The notes under the pieces: model-generated | Databases searched by the model: none | What the model was told of the DNA's origin: nothing | What the model saw: only the letters and a program-made list of their open reading frames with translations | Shown: positions 25,731-34,475 of the stretch, piece by piece | Position numbering within the stretch: position 1 is the first letter of the stretch | Layout of the letters: each line of letters starts with the position of its first letter | Assembly: GCA_045047305.1 (NCBI GenBank) | Contig: JASFYO010000005.1 | Span: 297-64,296, forward strand | DNA length: 64,000 nucleotides | Source: Planctomycetota bacterium | Lineage (GTDB): Bacteria > Planctomycetota > UBA1135 | Direction of reading: 5' to 3' | Position numbers and translations under genes: made by a program

Positions 25731-26560
25731 ATGCTTCGCGCAGCCAAAAACTAGCCTGGGGATTCCTCATCAGCCTTGCCGTGGCCGCCTTATTGGCGCC
25801 ATGGCTTCCACTCGCCGATTTTCGCGCGATGGATCCCGACGCCAGGCTCATCCCACCGCAGTGGACCTCCGCGCCTTTCCTCGGCACCGATGCCCAAGGC
25901 CGCGATTTACTTTCTCGTGTGCTTTGGGGCGCACGCATTTCGCTCACGGTCGGATTCTTTGGCACTCTCGTCGCCATGCTCATCGGCATACCTTACGGCG
26001 CAATTGCCGGTTTCTGCGGTGGGCGCGTCGATCGCGTCCAAATGCGCTTTGCCGATGCACTAGAAAGCATTCCAATGGTGGTGTTCGTCCTGTTCTTGCT
26101 TTCCATTTTGCAGGAGTATCGAGCCGACCTTGCAGTCTTTGGTTTCGGTCGCCTGCAACTATTCTTTGTCGCAGTAGGCGTCTTGTTTTGGCTCCCGACG
26201 GCACGTGTAGCACGTGCCGAGGCCTTGCGTTTGCGCAAACAACCTTTTGTTCAAGCAGCCATGGCTGGAGGCATGCAACGACACATGATTTTATGGCGCC
26301 ACATTCTGCCCAACATGTTGCCTGCTTTACGCGTGATGCTTTTACTCACCGTCCCACGGGTGATTTTGATGGAAGCCTTTTTGAGCTTCCTTGGACTAGG
26401 CGTAGAACCACCAGCAGTTTCTTGGGGTGGGCTGGCCAGTGATGGATTAGCCGCCATGAATCCACTAGTGGATTCCATTTGGCTCATGCTGGTACCCAGT
26501 GTTGCCTTGGCGCTGACCTTGTTAGCCTTGCAACGCGTTGCGCATCAGGCGGAAGATTAA
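25727..26560 (+). CDS. ABC transporter permease (DppC/OppC-like)
   Basis: GTG 25727 overlaps the previous stop as GTGA. PFLGTDAQGRDLLSRVLWGARISL is the conserved DppC/OppC N-terminal block. Confidence 0.9.
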   Translation: MNASRSQKLAWGFLISLAVAALLAPWLPLADFRAMDPDARLIPPQWTSAPFLGTDAQGRDLLSRVLWGARISLTVGFFGTLVAMLIGIPYGAIAGFCGGRVDRVQMRFADALESIPMVVFVLFLLSILQEYRADLAVFGFGRLQLFFVAVGVLFWLPTARVARAEALRLRKQPFVQAAMAGGMQRHMILWRHILPNMLPALRVMLLLTVPRVILMEAFLSFLGLGVEPPAVSWGGLASDGLAAMNPLVDSIWLMLVPSVALALTLLALQRVAHQAED

Positions 26561-27180
26561 GCCTTCGTCCACGCGTCGCGCGCAGCCCGCACCGCAACTT
26601 TCACTTCATCCCAGTTCTCGGCTCGAGGACCTGCAACATGGCGGTTGGTGGAGTTGGCGTAAACCAAAACATGGTTGCCGTCGGCGCGAAGTTGCTCGAT
26701 ATTGCTTGGAGCATCTTCAATATAGAAGTGAGCGCCCACAGCCTTCTTATCCCCCATAAAGCAAAGATCGTAGTACGGGATGTCGTGGTGATCCAACCAA
26801 CCGATAGTTTGCTGCACGGCGGTTTGGTGAAAACGACCGATGAACAAACGGTGGGTGATAATACGGATTTGAATGCCCTCGGCAGACAGCTCGCGCAGCA
26901 CTTGAGGCGCACGAGACATCGGCTCTAAATTACGGAATAGATTCCTTTGGGTGACTGCAAACCGATGCAAGGCTTTATAGCCACCTGGCGCATCCGGCAC
27001 TCCCCACTCGGGCAAGCCATAGGAAACCTCCACCTCTAAGCTATCCAGCGGTACCCCTAGCCACTCCGCAGCAATCGGGCGCAGACCTTGGTAGAAGTCC
27101 GCGGTACAGCCATCAAGGTCCAGGCCGAGGATGAAGGGTTGCTCGTTCACGCACCCATGATAGATGCGCGATAGGGCCAC
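26557..27180 (-). CDS. 5'(3')-deoxyribonucleotidase-like HAD phosphatase (NT5C family)
   Basis: The motif I sequence is ILGLDLDGCTADF. The overall length and the late YIEDAP acidic motif resemble NT5C-type nucleotidases. Its 3' end overlaps the convergent permease gene by 4 nt. Confidence 0.65.
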   Translation of the reverse strand: MALSRIYHGCVNEQPFILGLDLDGCTADFYQGLRPIAAEWLGVPLDSLEVEVSYGLPEWGVPDAPGGYKALHRFAVTQRNLFRNLEPMSRAPQVLRELSAEGIQIRIITHRLFIGRFHQTAVQQTIGWLDHHDIPYYDLCFMGDKKAVGAHFYIEDAPSNIEQLRADGNHVLVYANSTNRHVAGPRAENWDEVKVAVRAARDAWTKA

Positions 27181-27200
27181 CAGACCGTTAACATAGAAGC

Positions 27201-27956
27201 GTGTCGACCTGCCGCTACTGCGCTATTCGAATCACCGCGAGTGCAACCTTCTGCCCCAATTGTGGACAGGAGGTTTTCGGCAAACGTAAGCGCTTGCAAT
27301 TAGAGCCGCCGGTGAATCCAAACTTCACCGACCGCATGCACCTACAAGGCAGAAACGCCTCACGCCTGCTGGTGGCCTTACTTGCGACTCTTTTCGGAAG
27401 CGCAGCCTTTATTGGTCTTTTCTTTGGGCAAGATGGCGACGGCATGCTGATCGGCGGTATCGCAATGGCCATGGTGACCATGCTTTGCGCATTACCCGAA
27501 CTCAGGGAATTGAGAGAGCTTTTCCGCGCTGTAAACCTCATGCGCCTAAAGCCATGGATGGTTGCCATCGTCGTCACCCCATTCTTGCCTCTGCTTGCCG
27601 ACCTTTGGCTAGACCTTATTGGGTTCGACCCCCAACCCGCAGAAGAAATGCTGCCCGAGTTCACTCCTGGAATGGCCTTATTGACCATTTGCATCATGCC
27701 AGGCATCTTTGAAGAACTTGCCTTTCGCGGGGTTGTTTTTGGCAATCTACGCCACATGCTGTCGCCCAAGTGGGCCCAAATTTTAACCGCAGCTCTTTTT
27801 GCTGGGATGCATTTCAACCCCATCATTTTCCCGTATCACCTTCTGATTGGCCTATACCTAGGACTCTTGCGAACCCGCAGCGGTACCCTACTTATCCCGA
27901 TGTTTGCCCATGCCTTACATAACGGCGTCATCGTTTTCTTCTACGAAAGTACTTAG
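27201..27956 (+). CDS. CPBP-family intramembrane protease (CAAX protease-like) with an N-terminal zinc ribbon
   Basis: CRYC...CPNCG forms the N-terminal ribbon. The CPBP catalytic motifs are FEELAFRG, FAGMHF and FAHALHNG. Confidence 0.8.
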   Translation: MSTCRYCAIRITASATFCPNCGQEVFGKRKRLQLEPPVNPNFTDRMHLQGRNASRLLVALLATLFGSAAFIGLFFGQDGDGMLIGGIAMAMVTMLCALPELRELRELFRAVNLMRLKPWMVAIVVTPFLPLLADLWLDLIGFDPQPAEEMLPEFTPGMALLTICIMPGIFEELAFRGVVFGNLRHMLSPKWAQILTAALFAGMHFNPIIFPYHLLIGLYLGLLRTRSGTLLIPMFAHALHNGVIVFFYEST

Positions 27957-28334
27957 GTGTATTCCCAGGCATTCCCCACCCGAAAGCTTCTGCTGGCCCT
28001 ACTCGCTGTAGCGACTGGGGTTGTCTTGGCTTCCTGGATGCAAGTCAGCCATACAGGGCTGGCTTTTGCGGGATACTCCCTTCCTTCGCTTTGCATTTAT
28101 GAGTCTTTGGGCCACGCATGCCCTGGCTGCGGCACCACCCGCGCCGGCGTCTTGCTTTTGCAAGGCCAGCTTTTTGAGAGTCTTCGACTCCAACCTGCCT
28201 TACCTTTATTCCTCCTTGCCGGTCTCTTTAACCTGCGCCAGAAATCCTCCACGCAATTTTCTTGGGCGCGCAATTTTGCACTCCTCGGCCTCGTGGTCGC
28301 CTCCTGGAATTTGATCCCCCACTTCGTTTCTTAG
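27957..28334 (+). CDS. DUF2752-like small membrane protein
   Basis: The CPGCGTTRA motif lies between TM segments. The start immediately abuts the previous stop. Confidence 0.7.
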   Translation: MYSQAFPTRKLLLALLAVATGVVLASWMQVSHTGLAFAGYSLPSLCIYESLGHACPGCGTTRAGVLLLQGQLFESLRLQPALPLFLLAGLFNLRQKSSTQFSWARNFALLGLVVASWNLIPHFVS

Positions 28335-28339
28335 CATTC

Positions 28340-28903
28340 ATGGACCATGCCACCCTCATTTTCTTCGGGCAGCTTGCCGCTTGGGCCATCCTGGGCGTTA
28401 TCTGCGCCTTCATTGCCAAAAATCGCGGACGCAGTCCTCTTGGTTGGTTTTTCATTGGCCTAGTCGGTGGCTGCATTGGCCTTATCTTGGTTCTAGTATT
28501 GCCAGACCTAAAAAAGGAAGCTGAAACCAAAAATCGCGAAAAACGTCTGCGCAATAAACTACAAGAAGAACTCATGCAGGAGCGAATGAAGAACCAAGCG
28601 TTCCGCGGACACGCCACCAACCGGCTTGATGCGCATGATGAACACCTCGGGGTGGACACAAGAGCCGCTGCAGGTTCGGTGTTGCCACCACCACTGGTGC
28701 CTGAAGAGTTGGACGAAGGCGTCCCCAAATCCGGTTGGCACATTGCGCTACCCGGTCAAGATTCCGAAGGTCCATTTACCTTAGCAGAGATGAAGCATCG
28801 CCTCCAAAGTGGCGCGCTCTCGAACAAAACCCTGGTGTGGCACGAATCACTCGAGGACTGGTGTGTAGTTTCCGCTTCCCCACTGCACATCTTCCTCGCA
28901 TGA
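28340..28903 (+). CDS. Membrane protein with a C-terminal GYF_2 (DUF4339)-like domain
   Basis: ORF trimmed to ATG 28340. There are two TM helices, a charged linker, and then GWHIALPGQDSEGPFTLAEMKHRLQSGALSNKTLVWHESLEDWCVVS, the 'W....g...GP.....l......g.i...t.vW..gm..W' GYF_2 pattern. Confidence 0.65.
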   Translation: MDHATLIFFGQLAAWAILGVICAFIAKNRGRSPLGWFFIGLVGGCIGLILVLVLPDLKKEAETKNREKRLRNKLQEELMQERMKNQAFRGHATNRLDAHDEHLGVDTRAAAGSVLPPPLVPEELDEGVPKSGWHIALPGQDSEGPFTLAEMKHRLQSGALSNKTLVWHESLEDWCVVSASPLHIFLA

Positions 28904-29796
28904 CACCGGAACCAGGATTGGTGCAAATACTAGGCCTTTACGAAGGGCCAACGGAAGCATGGAGTCCTCTTCAGGACCAGCTCGCGGACAGCTTACGCCG
29001 GGCCGGAGTACCCACCAATTTATTACGTGCAGTCATCTCTGGCGGACGCGCCTCATTGGAACCAGATCCTGGATTTTTCCCACGCGAGCAATTCGCAAGT
29101 AACCCTGGCGAGGCCGTTGCCTTGGCGCTGGACATGCTTTTGACCGAAACGGCCAACGGACAACCGGAAGACTGGTTTAGCACTTTACGTTTAATCGAAT
29201 ACCACGAAGACAAACGAGTGGAGACTTTCTTGCAAGTCCATCCCGACGGCGTTCGCGGCATTTCCCGTGAGCAACCTTGGAACCCTATCCCCAAGAAGAA
29301 ACTCATCACCTTGCTGCGCGAACAGTGGTGGATGATTGTGCTTATCGTGGTGGGCGTCAGCGTGAGCGGTTGGCTCAAGCGCGATAGTATTCAGGAGCAG
29401 TGGGACCATTTACAAAGAGTCTTTTTCAGCGAAGACTTTGTGATTGGTGAATCCGTCGCCATCGAGCCCAATGGATTCGACAGCTACCTCCAAGCGACCG
29501 TGCTTCCCATAAAGGAAGAGGGTCAACTGGTCATTGAATTTTCCAAGCGCGACAACTACCCGGACTCTCCTGCCGCCATTGATGCACTTCGCACCAATGC
29601 AAGCATGGCGGAGGCTGCAGCTCTATCCGCAATTGAATTGGGCTACGTCCAACTAGAGATCACTCTAGATAATGATTCCACGCAACAGGTCCGGGTGTCC
29701 CTCAATCAATGGAACCAAGACGGAAAATATCTTCAGGTTTTTGATACCGACGCTTGGCAAGGTCGGGAGCTACGCCAAGTGCGGTTGTTCCCCTAA
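28900..29796 (+). CDS. Hypothetical single-pass membrane protein
   Basis: ATG 28900 overlaps the previous stop as ATGA. There is one central TM helix (WWMIVLIVVGVSVSGWL). I recognise no family. Confidence 0.55.
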   Translation: MTPEPGLVQILGLYEGPTEAWSPLQDQLADSLRRAGVPTNLLRAVISGGRASLEPDPGFFPREQFASNPGEAVALALDMLLTETANGQPEDWFSTLRLIEYHEDKRVETFLQVHPDGVRGISREQPWNPIPKKKLITLLREQWWMIVLIVVGVSVSGWLKRDSIQEQWDHLQRVFFSEDFVIGESVAIEPNGFDSYLQATVLPIKEEGQLVIEFSKRDNYPDSPAAIDALRTNASMAEAAALSAIELGYVQLEITLDNDSTQQVRVSLNQWNQDGKYLQVFDTDAWQGRELRQVRLFP

Positions 29797-30170
29797 GCTG
29801 GCTTCCGCGCAACCACGTCGATTTCTACGCGCAAGTCCATGGGCAAGCGCTGCACTTCCACGCACGAACGTGCCGGCTGGTGACCGGCCATGTATTCGGT
29901 GTAAATCTCGTTCATGGCAGCAAACTCGTTCATATCGGCCAAATAAACGGTTGCTTTCACCACGTCTTGCAGCGTGCATCCTGCAGCAGCCAGGATGGCT
30001 TGGAGGTTGGCAAAAGTTTGATGGGTTTGCGCCACCACATCTGCTCCGGCAGGACTGTTGTCGGCCTTAAGCCCAACGCATCCGCTGGAGTAAACCCAAC
30101 CATCCACTTCGATAGCTTGCGAATAAGGGCCAATGGCCTGCGAAGAATGGTCGGTGTGGATGATTTTCAT
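29793..30170 (-). CDS. ridA: RidA/YjgF-family reactive-intermediate deaminase
   Basis: AIGPYSQAI...GQIP-like core and the C-terminal VEIDVVA are typical of RidA. Length is 125 aa. Confidence 0.9.
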   Translation of the reverse strand: MKIIHTDHSSQAIGPYSQAIEVDGWVYSSGCVGLKADNSPAGADVVAQTHQTFANLQAILAAAGCTLQDVVKATVYLADMNEFAAMNEIYTEYMAGHQPARSCVEVQRLPMDLRVEIDVVARKPA

Positions 30171-30172
30171 GC

Positions 30173-30667
30173 TTAAGACTTAGAACCTAGACGTTTCAGA
30201 AGGGCCAGGTGCACCGCTTCCGGCAGCAGTTTAGGCAAAACCCCGCCGGCAGCATAAACCTCTTTGATCAAGCTGCTGGAAAGGTAAGCGTAACGCTCAT
30301 TCGGCATCACAAAAACGCTTTCGACTTCGGCAGCGAGCTGGCGGTTGGTCATCGCCATGGGATATTCGTATTCGAAATCAGTCACCGTGCGCACGCCACG
30401 CAACAAAACCTGAATGTCGTGCTGCTTCGCGAACTCCACCACTAAACCCTGCAGGCCGACGACTTCGACCGGCATACCTTGGACCTCTGCCTGCAGCATG
30501 GCAATGCGTTCTTCTACCGAGAAAGCCGGCTGTTTATTGCGATTACCCGCAACCGCAACCACAAGACCACCAAAGAGGTCTACACCGCGCTGAATCAGGT
30601 CCATGTGGCCCAAAGTGACGGGATCGAATGTGCCAGCGTAAAGGGCACGCTTGTGTGGCGAACTCAT
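30173..30667 (-). CDS. coaD: Phosphopantetheine adenylyltransferase
   Basis: ALYAGTFDPVTLGHMDLIQRG (the T/HxGH nucleotidyltransferase motif), SSSLIKEV, and a length of 164 aa. Confidence 0.92.
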   Translation of the reverse strand: MSSPHKRALYAGTFDPVTLGHMDLIQRGVDLFGGLVVAVAGNRNKQPAFSVEERIAMLQAEVQGMPVEVVGLQGLVVEFAKQHDIQVLLRGVRTVTDFEYEYPMAMTNRQLAAEVESVFVMPNERYAYLSSSLIKEVYAAGGVLPKLLPEAVHLALLKRLGSKS

Positions 30668-30681
30668 GACTGGATTGTAAG

Positions 30682-32856
30682 GTGCCGATGCCCTCGGTAA
30701 TCCGTCTTCCGGCTAGAGCTTGCTCCGCTGTCATGCCAGAGACGACCGCATCCACCCCTAATCCCAGTCGACGCCTGCACCTGCCATCGGCGGTGTGGTG
30801 TGCAGCGGTACATGTACTCACCTCCGGAATGATGCTGCACAGCGGGCCACCCGCTTTATGGCTCGCCGACGTTGGCAGTTGGCTCGCAATTGGCTGTTGC
30901 GCTCTAGCATTGCTCCAGCGCATATTCCTCTATCCCGCATTGCCACTATTGCTGCTCGCAAGCATAGGGCTCGCCTTGCAACGCGCACCCCGTCCGCAAA
31001 CCCTAGTTGTGCTGGAACCACGGCCAGTAAGGCTTACAGCGCGCCTCCGCGAGTGGCATGTGCAAGAGGATCAATCGTGGGCCTTATTTGACCAGTTACA
31101 GGATGTCGCTGGGCTTAGCTTGGCTCCTGGAAATCAGGTTTTACTTGGCCTAGCTGCCACCACACCTTATCAACCAACCGCTGGACAACGCCTAAGTTTA
31201 GAGGGGCGGCTTGCCCACGATGGGCGCTCCTTCCGCCTGGAGGCCTTCCGTTGGCATGTACAACAAGATGGCCGCGCACCGCCACTCATGCGTTTACGCC
31301 AAGCCGTGCGTGCGCGCTTTCACCAGGCGCTTTCTCCCGCGGAAGCTGGCCTTGCCATCGCCCTATTACTCGGCGAGAGGCGCGAACTCACCCCCATGCT
31401 GCAAGAAACCTACCGACGATTCGGCTTGGTCCATCTACTTGCGGTGTCCGGCATGCACTTTTGGCTATGGGATCAATTACTTCGACGACTCTTACGCGGC
31501 CCCTTCGCCTACGCTCGACTGCCCATCCTGTGCGGAGCCGCCATTCTCGCCGGAGCCTCTGCGCCAGTGATGCGCGCTTTATGGGTGGTGGTCCTGCGCG
31601 ACGTCGCCGCTAGGTTTACTCGCCCCGTTCGCGGACTTCATCTGTGGGCCGCTGCGTGGAGCTTGGAGTTATGTTTTCTACCGCCGAGCACTTTGGGCTT
31701 AGGGTTCATCCTCTCCTATGCAGCCACTGGCTTTCTCATTCTTGGCGCAGCACCTGCGGGCAAACCCAAGTGGGTGAAAGCCTTGCAGGCCTCTTGGGTG
31801 GCCTTTCTTGGATCCATGCCGTTTCTACACATGGTGCAAGGCACACTCGAACCATGGAGCATTCCTCTGAGCCCGCTTATGGGATTACTATTGCCGCTGC
31901 GCTTAAGTGGCGCTTTGCTAGCACTCATCCCAGGTTGTGGGAGCGTGGTCGATTGGTTTTTGCGCAGTGTCAGTTGGGTGGAATCTTGCGCCTTTAAGCT
32001 TTTGGAGCATGCACCTTGGAGTCCATGGCTAACCCCACAAGACTCTAGCTTTTGGTATCTGCTTGCGGCCGTGATTGGTTTGCTCGCAGTACACCCCAAG
32101 CTCCCATCCCGATTTCATCTACGCAAAATCCTGTGGTCGCTGCTTCTTCTCTGCCTGATTGCACCCACGCCTCACCGCGCCGGCATTTCAATTCTTCCCG
32201 TAGGCCATGGGCTCGGAGTTGTGATTGCTGGAACTTCACGCAGCCTGAGTTTCGATTTAGGTAGTGGTGAACGCGCGCCAAGAGATTTGGTGGAACGCAT
32301 CTTGTTTCCAGAATTACTGCTGCGCCATTGGCCAGTCCCAGACCGCATGATTCAAAGTCACAGCGATCGCGACCACGTCAATGGCTACCCCTATTTACAA
32401 CAACGTTTGGACCTAGAAAACATAGTGGTCGAGGCGGGAAAGCAGCGCATCATCCCAGATCTTGAACCTTGGAGCGTGACGGCCTACGCTTGCCAGGGAG
32501 CAAAACTCGGAGTTTCCAATGATGCCGGACATATTCTGGATTTGCGCCTCAACGATTTCCGCGCGGTCCTACTTGGCGATCAATCCGGTGCCTCTTTGCA
32601 CGACTTATGCCGACGCCTCCCACCCGGGCCCATCGACCTCCTGCTCATACCTCATCACGGCCTCACTACCGATGGCCTTGCACAACTGCTCTTACATTTA
32701 CAACCGAAACGCGCATGGTCTAGCTCCGGAACCAAAAACTTCCCGCTGCCCGTGGCGCCCCTACTGCAGCATTTTGGAGTACCGCTCGAAACCACACTGC
32801 ATGGAGCCTTGCGTTGGCCTTTCGTCGCTGAGGAAGAAGGGAGTGTCGGTGGCTAA
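30682..32856 (+). CDS. comEC: ComEC/Rec2-family DNA internalisation channel with a C-terminal metallo-beta-lactamase-like domain
   Basis: LLLGERRELTPMLQETYRRFGLVHLLAVSGMHF is the competence-domain motif. The protein is polytopic. The C-terminus has HSDRDH and a late HHG. The start is ambiguous (GTG 30682 or ATG 30688). Confidence 0.85.
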   Translation: MPMPSVIRLPARACSAVMPETTASTPNPSRRLHLPSAVWCAAVHVLTSGMMLHSGPPALWLADVGSWLAIGCCALALLQRIFLYPALPLLLLASIGLALQRAPRPQTLVVLEPRPVRLTARLREWHVQEDQSWALFDQLQDVAGLSLAPGNQVLLGLAATTPYQPTAGQRLSLEGRLAHDGRSFRLEAFRWHVQQDGRAPPLMRLRQAVRARFHQALSPAEAGLAIALLLGERRELTPMLQETYRRFGLVHLLAVSGMHFWLWDQLLRRLLRGPFAYARLPILCGAAILAGASAPVMRALWVVVLRDVAARFTRPVRGLHLWAAAWSLELCFLPPSTLGLGFILSYAATGFLILGAAPAGKPKWVKALQASWVAFLGSMPFLHMVQGTLEPWSIPLSPLMGLLLPLRLSGALLALIPGCGSVVDWFLRSVSWVESCAFKLLEHAPWSPWLTPQDSSFWYLLAAVIGLLAVHPKLPSRFHLRKILWSLLLLCLIAPTPHRAGISILPVGHGLGVVIAGTSRSLSFDLGSGERAPRDLVERILFPELLLRHWPVPDRMIQSHSDRDHVNGYPYLQQRLDLENIVVEAGKQRIIPDLEPWSVTAYACQGAKLGVSNDAGHILDLRLNDFRAVLLGDQSGASLHDLCRRLPPGPIDLLLIPHHGLTTDGLAQLLLHLQPKRAWSSSGTKNFPLPVAPLLQHFGVPLETTLHGALRWPFVAEEEGSVGG

Positions 32857-32876
32857 GGCACTCCGTCATCCAAACG

Positions 32877-34475
32877 ATGCAGCAACCCATTCTTGGCGCC
32901 ACCCTGTTCGGCAGTCGCGCGCATTTGGTGCGCGTAGAAACCCAAACTGGACGCGGCCTTTCCCGAGTCATCCTAGTGGGCATGCCAGATGCTGTTGCTC
33001 GGGAAGCACGCGAACGTTTGCCCGCTGCACTACACCGCCATCAATTTGCATTCCCCAAAGGCAAGGTGTTGTTCAATCTGGTGCCAGCGCAACTACCCAA
33101 GTGCGGATTACCCTTCGACCTCGCCCTTGCGGTTTCCTTATTGGTCACTGAGAAACAAGTCCGTGCCCCAGAACGCGCGACCCTCTTCCTCGCCGAACTA
33201 GATCTGCATGGTCGTCTTGGACCACCCGCGCGGGGAACCCTGCTTGCAGCCTTAGCGGCAGTACAAGAACAGTGCTTTGATCTCATCACTGCGCCCGACG
33301 CCGTGGCCGAAGCCAATCTAGCTCCAGGCATGCGTGTATTTGGCATGCGCGATCTCAGTGAGGTCGCGGCATTCTTAAATCATCCGCAAGACTTTCAGCC
33401 ACATCCCCCTCAGCTCTCTTCCCCACTCCGTCAGCACCACACTCCTCCATCCAGGCTGGATGACCTCCGCGGTCAAGCGCATGCTCGACGCGCAGCCGTC
33501 ATTGCAGTTGCTGGACGTCACTCGATGTGGATGCAAGGCCCTCCTGGTACCGGCAAAAGCATGTTGGCGCGGCGCTTGTGTTCACTACTCCCTGACCTCA
33601 GTGATCAACGCGCCCTGGAAGTAGCCTGCGTTGAAGCCTTACTCCGTCCACTCGACCACCTCAGTCGCCGCCCGCCCTTTCGCGCACCGCATACCAGTGC
33701 ATCGGCACAGGCACTCTTAGGCGGTGGCACTCCCCTACGCCCGGGCGAATTAGCGCGTGCGCACGGAGGCATACTTTTCCTCGATGAGCTTCCGGAGTTT
33801 GCGCGTCCGGTATTGGAGGGATTACGTCAACCCCTGGAGGAAGGCGAAGTCCGTTTGCAGCGTGCTCGGTCCTGGGCAACCTACCCTGCCGACGTGCAAC
33901 TCATCGCAACCAGTAACCCCTGCCCTTGCGGCTATGCGACACACCCCAAAATGCCATGCCGCTGCACTCCGCATCGGCTCAATGCTTATGCACAGCGGGT
34001 AAGCGGACCTCTACGCGACCGCTTCGACCTCTTCGTGGAAATGGGTCCAGTGAGCGCCGAGGACTTGGAAGGCCCGGCGTCGGCTCCATTAGATGAGGAT
34101 GTACGCGCTAGGCTCCAACGCACACGCAAGTTTCAAGCACAGCAACAACAGCAGCGTGGATTCTTAACCAGTGTGGAAGCTAGCCTTGATGGTCTTCGCG
34201 CAACCGGCCTAGGAGATGACTCACGCAAACTGTTGCGCCAGGCCGTAGCTACGCTGCCACTCAGCGGACGGGGATTACTGCGTTGCCTGCGCGTGGCGCG
34301 CTCCGTTGCGGACCTGGCGCAACGCGCAGAAATTCAAGCCAGCGATGTACGTGAGGCGCTTAGTTTCCGGCCTTTGCCTCAAGCGGCGGAAGCAACCACA
34401 ATGCTAAACCGTTTTCCTCCACGACCAAAGATGCGCCAGCCGCAGACAAAAGAGCAACCGCTGGATGGTCTTTAA
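32877..34475 (+). CDS. comM: YifB/ComM-family Mg-chelatase-like AAA+ ATPase
   Basis: The N-terminal Lon-like block is VILVGMPDAVAREARERL...FNLVPAQLPKCGLPFDLALAVSLL. Walker A is GPPGTGKS and Walker B is ILFLDELPEF. The zinc-like CPCGY...CRC motif is present. Confidence 0.9.
   Translation: MQQPILGATLFGSRAHLVRVETQTGRGLSRVILVGMPDAVAREARERLPAALHRHQFAFPKGKVLFNLVPAQLPKCGLPFDLALAVSLLVTEKQVRAPERATLFLAELDLHGRLGPPARGTLLAALAAVQEQCFDLITAPDAVAEANLAPGMRVFGMRDLSEVAAFLNHPQDFQPHPPQLSSPLRQHHTPPSRLDDLRGQAHARRAAVIAVAGRHSMWMQGPPGTGKSMLARRLCSLLPDLSDQRALEVACVEALLRPLDHLSRRPPFRAPHTSASAQALLGGGTPLRPGELARAHGGILFLDELPEFARPVLEGLRQPLEEGEVRLQRARSWATYPADVQLIATSNPCPCGYATHPKMPCRCTPHRLNAYAQRVSGPLRDRFDLFVEMGPVSAEDLEGPASAPLDEDVRARLQRTRKFQAQQQQQRGFLTSVEASLDGLRATGLGDDSRKLLRQAVATLPLSGRGLLRCLRVARSVADLAQRAEIQASDVREALSFRPLPQAAEATTMLNRFPPRPKMRQPQTKEQPLDGL

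Noticed and set aside
25591-26442. 283-aa + strand ORF in an alternative frame of the two ABC permease genes
   Set aside because: The extremely Arg/His/Cys-rich translation is typical of an off-frame read of GC-rich coding DNA. The permease frames carry conserved DppB/DppC blocks.
27611-27630. tRNA T-arm-like sequence TTGGG-TTCGACC-CCCAA, and a second GGTTCGATTCC-like string at 39143-39153
   Set aside because: No acceptor, D or anticodon arms can be built around either. Both lie inside well-supported coding regions (the CPBP protease and proline dehydrogenase genes).
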